From: Octopus sinensis
Lineage: Eukaryota
Direction: 5' to 3'
Assembly (NCBI RefSeq): GCF_006345805.1
Contig: NC_043003.1
Span: 55,490,001-55,554,000, forward strand
DNA length: 64,000 nucleotides
The translations under genes and the position numbers were made by a program. Of this stretch, positions 25,420-37,662 are shown piece by piece. The notes under the pieces were generated by a model. The model had not been told where the DNA came from, did no database searches, and was given only the letters and a program-made list of their open reading frames with translations. Positions within the stretch are counted from its first letter, which is position 1, and each line of letters starts with the position of its first letter.

Positions 25420-27900
25420 GCAATAACAAATCAGTTATTTAATGTAGAGAATACATATCTTCCGGCGTGAATACACGAAATATTTTTCTCATTTCTTAGG
25501 TGTATGTTTAGAGATAAGAGTGAAAAAAGCCTCAGTGATGCAAATATTGCATTTTTTGTTGTTGACGTTTTAAGCCGTGCAGAAGCAATCACATCGCTTT
25601 TAATTTCAAATTCAATATTATTATGTTTTAATTCTCATATAAATTTACTTAATCAAGTGAAGTCGATTTTCTCTTTATTTAAAAAAGTTTGGAGATGATT
25701 GGCCATGCGATTATTAACTTTATTTTCAGTCGAACCGATATAAAAGTAATTTCTTACCGTGTGCTATAACAGTGCATTGATAGACCACATTTTTTTTTTT
25801 ACATTGATTTCTTAAATTTACAATCAGTTTTGTCTCTACAGTAACAATTTTCCAGAATGCTATTGTGTGTATATCTTTTAGAAGAATTAGTATTACTAGG
25901 ATTAGTATGGTTCCATCAGTGGGAACTATGTGTGCGGTATTATTAGACCTAGTAGAATTTGGATGCTATAGTTTATGTTTAGTGTAATTAGTAAAATTAT
26001 TGTTATGCGTCTTTTCTATTTGTGCACAATTTATTCAATTTCTTGTTGTTAATTGATGATATAACTGTAAATATGTTAGGAATTAGGCTAAAACAAATTT
26101 GACAGTTTTGTGATTTATAATTTCATTATATCTATTATCGATGCTAAAATATTTATGAATGGCTTTAAATATACTTTTAACAATGTTATTTTTAATTTTC
26201 ATTGCGTACGGAGTAATTAACCATATTTTATTAGATTTATCATAGTGATTGTTGATTATATGAGTTTAGTAATTCCTTTTAGATTTGCTAGAGTTTGTTA
26301 AATGAGTATTTGTTTTAATATTATTACTTAGAGCATTATATGGGATAGCGGGAGGGAATTAATTGGTTATTCATACCAATATGTTTATTAATTATGCCTT
26401 TATTATTGTCGAGATCTTATAATTGTAAATTGATGGCTTCTTTTATTTATCTTAGGTTTGAGATAATTTTATGTTGGTTTTTCTAATATTATGTTTGCTA
26501 TTATTAGGCTCTTTTGAAATAATTTAGGGTTTGTTATTATCAATTCCCCGTTTATATGAAGTTGGATAACTAGTTATATGCTTATTTTTACTTATATTAT
26601 TAGTTATGGTGGGATTATAAAATTTTCCAGTAATATTGTTTTCCTTGTTACACGTTATGTTTTATTTATTGATGTTGTTATTAGGTTGATGTTACGTTAT
26701 TATATCCTTATACCCAACGTTTGCAAAAGCTGTGTTGTAGTAATCCGCATGTCTGTTAAATATTTCCTCATTAGAAGATAAATAGTTTAGTCCCTTACCA
26801 ATTCTGGAGGATAATACATTTCTAATTGATTTCAGATGGTTAGTTTGGAAGTTGATATAGTTTAAATTAGAATTAGATTTTCGGAAAGGTTCATGTAATC
26901 CGGTTGTTAAATTAAAGTTAACTTCTAAGAAATTAATTGAAGTATTATCTCACTCAATAGAGATAGAAAGACGATGCCTTCTGAAAAACTTGTAAAATCT
27001 CTTCTTAAGTAATTCTAATTTTCTATTGGATGCATTTTTTACGATGAAGAGTGCATTGTCTCTATACAATCCGCCGCCAATTACCGGACATTCATCTTGC
27101 TGGTCGGACAGCAGATGGATTCCAACAAGGTCAGTCACTTGGGTGGCATCTTCGGTGCCCATTGTGATATCAAATAATTAGGGGTGCCCTTCTTAGTGCA
27201 AGATATATTGTCAACATTGGGTATGGATTTATGGGCCGTTCGGATGACATTAATTTTATTCACGCTAAGATTAGCGTATTTCTTCGCGAAAAGAAGAGCA
27301 CTGTTAGTACAATATGTTTGATAGAGGAATAAGAATTACCAGTGTCTGTTTGTAAGAATTTAGGTTTGTTCTTGTTTGGAAATTTAGTGAACCAGCTAAT
27401 CGCTTCTTGGGTGTTAGACCATAGTTCAAGAGATATTTTCTATATAAGTATAGGTATATATTTATCTAGAATTATTTTGCATAATCTACCTTGGTCCGAC
27501 TTAGCGGGCCATATTGATCTAACTATAGGGTTGGTTTGAAAGTTAACTTTATGGACTTTTACTGTTATTCCAGATCTGATAGGTATGAATGGTTCAGTTT
27601 TATCATCGATGCAATATTCTGAAATGATTTTTCATGCATCTAAATTACATTGTTGTTTACTATTTTGTATTCTTTTTGTGATTTCATTTATTGGTAGGTC
27701 ATGATACGTATCAATGTTAAGGTTATATACATTGTTAGCTTTATCTGAATGCACAATAATTCCATCCTTGGCTTTTATCTCACGTAGTAAATTACTAAGT
27801 TTTCTTTGGTGTGTAATTCATCTAGAAGGTGTTTGGTAAATTTAGTTTTTTTAATGATGGCCCAAATTTCTTGTTCAAATGTAGTATTATCCTTACAGTT
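25420..27900 (-). mobile_element. Near full-length decayed Penelope-like element (RT plus GIY-YIG endonuclease)
   Basis: RT: MGTEDATQVTDLVGIHLL...GGLYRDNAL (cf. MGSYDGAEVCELVG..GLYRDD), INFLEVNFNL. C-terminal CYCRDKTDC, VVYQCTV, YIGSTEN..RMANH, LSKFI..LK, KCNIC. Many stops and frameshifts. Confidence 0.85.
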
Positions 27901-29115
27901 TCGGGCAGTTACACTTGAGACTGTTCGAATCTGGCTGCCCGCCAAAATTTAAGCTAAGAGGATTACATTTTTGTGAGAAAACAAGGGAATGTGTACGACA
28001 ACAAAGACAAACAACAAACAAATACAAACAAGAAAATAACAACTGGTGTTTCTCGACTAATAAAGATGAATGCAGTTGCATTGAAGGAAAGCCTTGAGGC
28101 AGGAACATAAGAGATGAAAGTGTCAAGAGACAGGAATATCAGAGATGCATCCCGGCTGCTGAAGACACTTTATGTTGGGTTCTGAGTGGTGGCACAAACA
28201 CAAGTATAAAGAAACTTATTCAGTATATGGAAATTTACAATCTGTTCCTTTTCCAAGTATACTATAATAATATTCGGGCTTAGAAGAGAATATAGTTTCA
28301 ACTACTACAAGGTTACTCTCTTCCATTGGTGAGTCAGCTGAATATTGCGATCCGACAGAAGAGAAATATACATGATGATATGTATTGTTTTATGAACTTT
28401 TGTCCCTGGTGTCATTTTAATCAATATTCTCTCTCCTAATCACCAAGCCTGATGATAAGTATTCCTCCCATGACCATCATGACGTATACTTTATGTAGAA
28501 TAAGTGCATCTAGGCCTACTTAATACATCCTATCTTTCCTATTTCGAAAGATTATCTACTGATGTTTAAACTAGACGGCCATAGCTATTGCTAAATCCTT
28601 TTGTGAAGTCTTATTCAGTAGTTCTGTTTGTTTTCTTCCGTCTGTATTCTTCACATCATGTGGAAGTGTATCTAGCCCTGTATTTTTCATTGTATGTCCT
28701 TAAATTTAGTAAGATAATAGATTTTAATTTGGGAAAAATCTAAATCAAGCTTTTGGAAGTCGTTTGTTAAAGGTTACAACTTTCTCGGCGGCGCCAAACG
28801 ATGCTGACTGAAGGTTAGAAGAGTGAAAGCTGTGTTATATTCATGCGTTATCAGACGTTTTTAATCAAAATATAGAGATGTGTAGCGTGAAATAATTAAT
28901 GTAATGACATAAGTTGATGATAGACACAGTTGAAAGGAGAATAAATATAGGGGAACATAGATGGCGAGAGGACGAGATTGAAATAGAGATAGATAGAGAA
29001 AAAGGAGACGATGTCTGATCTTAAAGGTGGAGAAAACTAAGCTTCGTGTATATATATCTCACTCTCTATTTATATCACATCGAAACTAAGTATGACTTAA
29101 TTTTTCCTCTCACAC

Positions 29116-29168
29116 CGTCTCCGATGAAGGGATATTATTAATTAATATTCTAGAAACAGATGTAAAAC
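29116..29168 (+). ncRNA. Degenerate hammerhead motif
   Basis: gtct-CCGATGA-agggatatta..taatattct-a-GAAAC-AGAT-GTA-aaac; core U-to-C change and a stem I mismatch. Confidence 0.4.
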
Positions 29169-29237
29169 CTTCTATCTATAAATGCTCTAATATCTATACA
29201 GTCTTGGTTTTTTTATCTCATTACGCAAAAATTCATA

Positions 29238-29268
<31 letters not shown>

Positions 29269-29274
29269 TATTTA

Positions 29275-29710
29275 TATACGAGAAAAGAAGCAACAAGAAT
29301 GGATTAGTTTTTAGTACAATTGTTTCATACAAAGACAGGCTTTATTAAAAGTTGCAAATATTGCAGCAGATAAAAGTGTCCCGTACTCATCAGCTAAAAT
29401 ACATATGAGTTCTCTAAACATCTTAGTGGGTGAGGCTACACTCATGAAGTATTGGAGATAATTTCATTAAAAGCAGATTCAGGTGTTAAACAGACTTCCA
29501 AAGTTCTTTAATGATGATGCACAGTCTTATCACAGGTTTTAAAAAAGCTTATTAGTTTCACAGAGAAGTTTAATCCATCCATAGTGTAAGTGTAAATTTC
29601 CAGAGATATGAGGAGGTATTTCATACTCACAGACGATGAATTTATCCATGGTTAATCCACAATGAGGTGGGTATAATTTCATGCTATATTATAAGGTATT
29701 TGCCACATTA
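29275..29710 (-). mobile_element. PLE-type terminal (pLTR-like) segment containing a hammerhead
   Basis: Collinear with 38143-38730; ends at an (AT)n tract. Confidence 0.7.
29309..29399 (-). ncRNA. Type I hammerhead ribozyme, apparently intact (GUA)
   Basis: Minus strand: ttttag-CTGATGA-gtac...(long stem II)...gtat-GAAAC-AATT-GTA-ctaaaa. Perfect 6-bp stem I and palindromic loop 3; cleavage between 29315 and 29314. Confidence 0.8.
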
Positions 29711-29772
29711 CTGTTCTCTTCACAAAACTTCTATGTTATGACTTCTAAAGGCTGAAGGAATTTTGTGGGGCA

Positions 29773-29970
29773 AAGAAAAGAAGAGGAAAAAGAAGAGAAG
29801 AAAAAAGAAAAGAAAGAAAAAAGAAAAAAGAAAAAACGAAAAGAAAAAAAGAAAAAAGAAAAAAGAAAAAAGAAAAAAGAAAAAAGAAAAAAGAGAAGAA
29901 GAAAAAAAGAAGATAAGAAAAAAAGAAAAAAGAAGAAAGAAGAAAGAAAAAAGAAAAGAAAAAGAAAAAA
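29773..29970 (+). repeat. Polypurine (AAAG/AAAAAG)n tract
   Basis: About 200 bp almost entirely A/G. Confidence 0.95.
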
Positions 29971-30202
29971 CGCCCACATAGAGTATACTGTGACAACTGA
30001 GATGGGAAAGGGTCGCAGGTAACCTTCTACCCAGAAAATATATATTGGCCTGCTCGCTTAGCCAGCGGGTGGCGTCATTCGAAGGCTAAAACAATGCGAA
30101 TCGCATTGTGACCAGCGATGTGTAGCAACATCTGATGGTCTGGTCGGTCACCTGATCACGTGATAATATATATATATATATATATATTATATTATATATA
30201 TA

Positions 30203-30611
30203 GCGCAGGAGTGGCTGTGTGGTAAGTAGCTTGCTAACCAACCACATGGTTCCGGGTTCAGTCCCACTGCGTGGCACATTGGGCAAGTGTCTTCTGCTAT
30301 AGCCCTGGCCGACCAATGCCTTGTGAGTGGATTTGGTAGACGGAAACTGAAAGAAGCCTGTCGTATATATGTATATATATATATGTATGTGTGTGTGTTT
30401 GTTTATCTGTGTTTGTTCCCCTAGCATTGCTTGACAACCGATGCTGGTGTGTTTACGTCCCCGTCACTTAGCGGTTCGGCAAAAGAGACCGATAGAATAA
30501 GTACTGGGCTTACAAAAAAATAAGTCCCGGGGTCGATTTGCTCGACTAAAGGCGGTGCTCCAGCATGACCGCAGTCAAATGACTGAAACAAGTAAAAGAG
30601 AAAGAGAAAGA

Positions 30612-30612
<1 letters not shown>
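30203..30612 (+). mobile_element. Full-length tRNA-derived SINE (family B)
   Basis: A box tggctgtgtgg, B box ggttcagtccc, conserved body, tail gactgaaacaagtaaaagag-(aaagag)n. Confidence 0.92.
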
Positions 30613-30643
<31 letters not shown>

Positions 30644-30649
<6 letters not shown>

Positions 30650-31031
30650 ACAATTTAATAAATAAAACATATGCATACATACATATATGTACATACCAAC
30701 ATCTATATGTATATATACATGCATATATGAGTACAGGACACCACAAATAAACGTAGAACACCGGATCGTGTTCTGCCCTTACCTTCGAAACACGCATTGA
30801 GTCGAAACAGGGGCAGCTGATAATATTCCTTGTACTGTTTGTCTTGTACTCGGTTTTTTTGTTGTTAAAAAAAGTCCGTTTCCTTGTTTGATTTTATGTT
30901 TTTGTTTCTCGTTGTGTTCTACATTTATTTGTGGTATCCTGTACTCATATATGCATGTATATATACATATGTAGGTATGTACATATATGTATGTATGCAT
31001 GCATATGTTTTATTTATTAAATTGTTATTAT
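30644..31031. repeat. Inverted repeat, ~118-bp arms with ~150-bp spacer
   Basis: 30644-30762 pairs with 30914-31031 (e.g. gtacaggacaccacaaataaacgtagaacac / gtgttctacatttatttgtggtatcctgtac). Confidence 0.85.
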
Positions 31032-31077
31032 ATGATTGAACGCCACGCGTCGTTTTTTATGCTCCAATTAAGTTTTT

Positions 31078-31192
<115 letters not shown>

Positions 31193-31251
31193 TATATATA
31201 TATATATACATTTATATATACATATAAATATATACATACACACACACACAT

Positions 31252-31880
31252 TTGGTGGGAAACTGGAAAATATACTTAGATGATTGCTTTATATTCTGGA
31301 ACAGAATTAAGAAAGACCTCAAAATTTATTTTGAAATAATAAAGAGCGTCCATGTATCAATCCAATTTACTACGGAAATCAATGAAAGAGAACTCCCATT
31401 CTTAGGTTTCTTAATAATTAAAGAGAATGAGATTATAACTGACCTCTATTACAAAAAACACAGACACACCAATTTTTAGAGTTTAAATCTTGCTATCCTT
31501 CCTATACAAAAAGGAACATACCATTTAAGACGAATATGCACAGTAGTTTCGGAGACAAATAGTAGAGAAAAACGATTCGCAGAACGTAACTTGTTCCTTA
31601 AAAAAATATCTCAACAAACTAATAGAACAAGCGATAACTGAAGCCAAATATATCCCAATCTCTACACTAAGAAGAATAAATAAGACTGGCGATAAACGGA
31701 AAAATGAACATAAATATATCCCAAGAACCCCAATATTCTACAAACAGCCTTATTCTACACCAGTCGCCAAGTCTCTCACAAACAATCAAGGAACAACAAG
31801 TAATCAACAGCTGATGGCAACAACCAGACCTTAAGTAACTGCTAAGATTCACATCAGAGGAAGAAATGATGCAACTTAGC
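31252..31880 (+). mobile_element. Penelope-like element RT/thumb fragment (subfamily A)
   Basis: [50 protein letters not shown]; frameshifted. Confidence 0.85.
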
Positions 31881-32825
31881 AAATGTGAATACTCCTGATG
31901 AGAGTATGTCAAAGATTGTTCATGTCTAGAATTTATTACAATATAATTCTCGTGCATTAAATTTCTTGTAAATCTAGAAAATTCTTCTAAACATAAGTCG
32001 CATATTTTAGTTCTAGGCCTGTAAGGTTTTTGAAATACAAATTAATTCCCAATTGACGGTATAGTCTTTGTTTCTGCCTTTAAGAGACCAGATTAATTTT
32101 CTAAGACCTGTTGGGATTCTAAAATGAATGATCAAGTTAAAACTAAATCTGAGAGAAATGTGTAAAATTATCTTTGCAGTTGTTCAAAACGGGAATCCTG
32201 TTATGTGAAAAATAAACGTAAGACGAAAACTGTAATATAAAAATGTAAAGTTACATCTGAGATGAATGAATACTTTTACATCGGTGCAACATCAGGAATT
32301 TTCAAGAGGAGGATGCTAAATCATTTGAGTTCATTTAGAGATAGAAATTAAAAACATTTCCAAAGAAGTCTTAGAAAATTAATCTGGTCTATTAAATAGA
32401 GAAACAAAGATTACATTATCAATTGGGAATTAATTGGTCGTGCAAAACAATAGACTTGGAAGTAGAAAATGTGACTAATATTTAGGAGAATTTTACCGGA
32501 TTTTTACATCCAAAGTTAATGTAATAAATTCAAGGCAGGAACAAAATTTGAGATATTTACAATGAAGAAATTCAAATTAGCCCAGTATAAATTAATAATA
32601 AAGTTTTCAATAAAAGTGTAGTTTGAAATAAGGGAAGATAAGTGATTACCCAATCAAAGCGTGAATTGGAGATTGCTTATGTCTAGGTTATCAGACAACT
32701 CTACACCATACAAGGCAGAGTTGGCAAACGAAAAACCGTAAACAGTTATATCGAAGGATATTCAGTAAAGGCCCTGAAGAAACTGCACCGGTATCTTAGT
32801 AGGGCTGCAACTGCAACTTTACTAA
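31880..32825 (+). mobile_element. Penelope-like GIY-YIG fragment (subfamily B) preceded by an inverted copy of its own C-terminus
   Basis: 32165-32560 (+): CSCSKRESC..VI*KCKV..YFYIGATSG.FKRRMLNHLSSF..LRKLIWS..NWELI..KCD. 31900-32125 (-): LRKLIWSLKGRNKDYTVNWELI..KICDLCLEEF. Confidence 0.8.
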
Positions 32826-32837
32826 TCATCATAATCC

Positions 32838-32875
<38 letters not shown>

Positions 32876-32976
32876 GTTGTTGTTGTTGGATTTATATATT
32901 AACTGTTGAATAGCCTATTTTGAATACCTGAGTGCAAACCAGTAGACGTTTTTCGGTAACCTCTTACTATTTACAT

Positions 32977-33055
<79 letters not shown>

Positions 33056-33589
33056 TATTTCGAGAGGAGATTTTTCCTCAAAGCGTTAAGACTGAGGAAT
33101 GAAAATTTTTAGAAAGTTGAAAGACACTAATCTTTGGGAAGCGAGTTCACAAAACGTGCGTAGCCTTTGCTTGTATAAATGTGCAAGCCATTTCAGTTCT
33201 TAACGTTTCAAGCAGGTGTTATTATATATATGGAAAGTTGTTTCAGTAAAATTATCGTTGACTATTTCCGGTTTAGTTTCGAACTCAGAAATCTTATCAA
33301 GTATTTTCCTTTGCCCTCCGGAGAATGTAGATCCCATCGTTTATTTTATGAAGATAGAACATTTTAAATTTTCCTTGCGTACAGGTGTCCAAATAATCGC
33401 TACATTTCAATTCAATTTTTGAATTCAATTCAATTTTTATTGGCTCAAAAAGCAAAAGCAAGGCCATGTAGGGAGAGAGGGAGTTATGTACTGCGAGGGT
33501 GGTCATACAAAGAGTCCAGGCCATTTCTGGTCAAGAGAGACTTTGAAACGAGCGGTAGTCGGCATCTTCACTATCTCGTCCGGCAGCTT

Positions 33590-33790
33590 ATTCCACATGG
33601 TATGCACCTAAGTGTGGGTTGTTTTTATGTCTATGCACATTTACACGGTTGGTTACTTTCGATTTTGTTTCTCCAATATAATGTACGTTGCATCGAGCGG
33701 ATGTGATGCAATATATCAGTTTTTTGCTTTTGCAGTTCATATTTGCATTTACAATTAATTCTTTTCCATTCTTGATTTTTTTTGCTGGTC
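33590..33790 (-). mobile_element. Penelope-like GIY-YIG fragment (subfamily A type)
   Basis: NANMNCKSKKLIYCITSARCNVHYIGETKSKVTNRVNVHR (IY...YIG-E-T motif). Confidence 0.8.
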
Positions 33791-33814
33791 CCTGTTCTAT
33801 TAAATCCCATGGAC

Positions 33815-34293
33815 ATTTTTAAATTTCTATCTCTAAATGAACTCAAATGATTTAGGATCCTCCTCTTGAAAATACATGATGTGGCACCGATGTAAAAATA
33901 TTCATTCATCTCAGGTGTAACTTTACATTTTTATATTACAGTTTTCGTCTTACGTTTATTTTTCACATAACAGGATTCCCGTTTTGAACAACTGCAAAGA
34001 TAATTTTACACATTTCTCTCAGATTTAGTTTTAAATTGATCATTCATTTTAGAATCCCAACAAGTCTTAGAAAATTAATCTGGTCTCTTAAAGGCAGAAA
34101 CAAAGACTATACCGTCAATTGGGAATTAATTTGTATTTCAAAAAACTTACAGGCCTAGAACTAAAATATGCGACTTATATTTAGAAGAATTTTCTAGATT
34201 TACAAGACGTTTAATGCAAGAGAATTATATTGTAATAAATTCTAGACAGGAACAATCTTTGACATACTCTCACATGACGTAATTCACATTTGC
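33815..34293 (-). repeat. Inverted duplicate of 31879-32355 (PLE composite)
   Basis: About 475-bp reverse-complement match with scattered substitutions, including the internal inversion junction. Confidence 0.92.
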
Positions 34294-34673
34294 CCAGTGT
34301 AAATTAATGATAAACATTTAAACAACAAAATTGTTTCAAATCATGGACTATAAGCGATGACCCTGACGAAATTGAATTGGAGATATTTCGCCTCTACCTT
34401 AAGCGATAACTCTACATCATACAGCGCAGAGTAGATAAATAAAAAAATTCAAACAGTTAAATCGAAGAATATTAAGTAGAGTATCTGCAGTAAGGTTGAA
34501 ATTGAGGCTGTTACTAACCGGTGCAGTTGAAACATATATAGGTCTACGCAAAACTGTATATATATTAAAACAATTAAAGCTAATGCAATGCAACCTCGTA
34601 ATAATGCTTATTAGTATTGTTATTGATATACATATACATACATACATACATACATATATATATATATATACAT

Positions 34674-34830
<157 letters not shown>

Positions 34831-34989
34831 TGAGGATAACCCAATAGCAATTTTGTTAAACCAAAGAACAGGAATAAAAATAGAACTGCAGCTAGTAGTG
34901 CTTAGGTGGCACCGAGACGCAAAGAGAAATACATTTAAAGATATAATGAATAAATGCTCCAATCAATCAAAACAACTTTATATCATTCC

Positions 34990-35452
34990 CAAATTATGAA
35001 AAATCAAATATAAATATATATTAAAAGAATAGGGCACCCAATGGTAAATACACACGTGTACACGAATAAAAGGTGATAGAACCTAAAAGAGTAACACAAG
35101 TGAAGTCGAATGAAGGAAAATATATGGAACAAAATAATGCATAATAAACACGACTAAATAATTAAAGCAATGAAGCTAAAACGACATAAATATAAATATA
35201 TAAAAATACAAGAATTAAAATAAAAAAATAAAAAATATATTTATATTCATGTTTTTTGGTATATATTAATACTTACATTATTTTAGCTCGTTTGCCTTAA
35301 ATTTTTAGTCACCTTTATTTTGCATTTGGACTTCATTTTGGGATCTATCAAATTTTTCATTTGTGTATATGTGTATATTTTATACTGTTGGGTTTTACCA
35401 TTGGGTGCTCTATTCTTTTAATATATATTTATATTCGATTTTTCATAATTTG
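34990..35452. repeat. ~460-bp fold-back element
   Basis: Outer 59-bp arms (34990-35048 / 35394-35452) differ at 2 positions; inner arms are recognisably complementary but much more diverged. Confidence 0.8.
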
Positions 35453-35685
35453 AGCAAAATATAATGTTCTGACCGACTGGAACGTTTATTCATTACACCT
35501 TTCAATTTATACATACATACTTATATAGATATAGATATATATATAGATATTATATATATATATATATTATATATATAGATATTATAATATATATATATAT
35601 TATATTATATATGTACATACATATACATATATATATATATATAAATATATTTACACACACAAAATAAAATATAGAGTATATATAT

Positions 35686-35719
<34 letters not shown>

Positions 35720-36599
35720 ATATATAAACACACATATATATATATATAAAACACATATATACATATAATGTGTGTGTGTATAGTTATTTATAAAAATAAA
35801 CACGCTATTGAATCAACATACGAGGTGACCGAGTGTACCAGAAATACAAATATGTAACACTAAGTTAGAATGAGAGGATACATGCGTAAAAAGCTGGACC
35901 TTTGACTGACACCGCTGCTGAGATGCTTCCACATGGACTATCTTTATGTTTCACCCACAAATCTAATGACATATTGCCACTCGCCTTGCAATATTGTCGA
36001 ATCCTTGCTCTCATGGCTGTGAAATTAATTTCTGAACAAGTCATCCATTACTGTGTCCATGTGTGTATGACAGTGCGTATGTGTGTGTATGTGTGTGCAT
36101 ATGTGTGTAAGAATGCATATAATAAATGTGATTTATTTATATAAAGCTGGCATAAGAATACACTATCTATTCCGCATGTAACTGTTCCTTTATTTTATGA
36201 TAGCAGTTTTACCATATAGCAAACAAGGACATTATTTCCTCACTGGTAAATCTATTATTAAACCAATTATCAAAGTAATTCACTTTTTATAGCCCTAAGC
36301 GCTATCATGACCCATTTCTGCCCAGTATAGAAGTTAAATACACTTTTATTGCATCGTATCTTATGATATATTCATGACATAAATTCATATATTGCAGTAT
36401 AAGCTTTCATTTTACTCATAGTATTAGATTCTTAATGCATGCTTACTGCTAATTTTATACAAACACCCAACGAAAACATCGAAGTAAAACTAACTGTCGC
36501 AATGAAATGCAAAATGCTTTGGGAATTTCGAGTCGATTTTCGCACTTAAATGTCACAAGTTTTCCAAACAATTTAAATCTAGAGATTGAGTTGATTAAT

Positions 36600-37400
36600 C
36601 GATGGCATTCAATTTTATTACATTCATGCAATCTGATGCCAAAACTATAAAATAGAATGGAATATTATCCTGTACACGTTGTTAAATTAATGGAATATTA
36701 TACTATACAAAGTGTTAATTTAATGGAATATTTTCATTATCAAATAGCTCAAAATGTGTTTCAAGTTTCTTGGCCTGAATCTGCCTGTTTATATTGACGA
36801 TGACTAGAACATGATACCAGTCCTTATACCTGAGAACACAAGCAAGAACATGACCGAATTTCCACAGTTTAATAACTGTATTGAAGACCTTCATTAAAAT
36901 GGATGTATATTCTGCAATAGACACAGTCTCATATATGTTAAATTTTCTTCATTCGGAAAAATGAACAATTCCGGAAATTTTCGGCCGTCGAAGTATCTAA
37001 TGAGCGCTGAAATCAATTGCAAGAATTCAGAGATAATTTGAACAGATAAGTCTGTTAATACTACGTTTGAGTTCAAGTTGATGAAAACGACATTGTACAG
37101 TACTGATAAATTTGGCGAAATTATGAGGCGCGTTCAGTTTGGATCAATCTAAACATCAGCCTTTATCCTGTCGTTTCGCAATGATATGATTTGGTGTTGG
37201 ATAACGATAAAACGTATCCATGTAAATGTTTATTTTTCTATTAATATCAGGCTTTGCCAGCGAGTTGCTTGATTTATACGTCTCGAAATGCATCAGGTAT
37301 GAACTCAAGAAGAGGAGCAGCATTGAAATTCATTACTGATGAACCGGAAAGAAATCTATTACGTTTCCCACTCGATAACTACAGCTAGTTTGGGTTGACA
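36600..37400 (-). pseudogene. Decayed ionotropic-receptor (IR/iGluR-like) gene remnant
   Basis: In order: ISMLLLFLSSYLMHFETYKSSNSLAKPDINRKINIYMD (M3 plus P..INT..D), RYFDGRKFPELFIFPNEENLTY, SILMKVFNTVIKLWKFGHV (SPL..FN.VI.RL.E.G, S2), FYFIVLAS (M4-like). Confidence 0.45.
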
Positions 37401-37618
37401 TGAGTTGATTATTTTTTTCGCCATTATTTTCCCTCAAGTACTAGTAAAAGTGAAAACATATATAAAAGAAAGATATGGATAAGATGAGTGTGTTGCTATA
37501 AGTCCATATTTACAGAGTTGATATGAAGAAGTCAGCTTTACTAAATATAAGCTGCATTTCACTGTATGTTCTAAGAAACGATACCGTATATAATACAGAA
37601 GTCTGTACACATTTTCTC

Positions 37619-37662
37619 GTTTCGTAAACGCCAGAATCGTTCGATTCTGGCGTTTTCGAAAC
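37619..37662. other. 21-bp-stem hairpin (gtttcgtaaacgccagaatcg-tt-cgattctggcgttttcgaaac)
   Basis: One T-T mismatch; followed immediately by cCTAG. Confidence 0.8.

Noticed and set aside
28150-28225. CTGAAGA...GAAAC upstream of the 25-28 kb PLE
   Set aside because: No R-Y closing pair for stem II, no NUH in register, and no stem I.
29720-30022. Poly-Lys/Arg and poly-Phe ORFs
   Set aside because: Both strands of an (AAAG)n tract.
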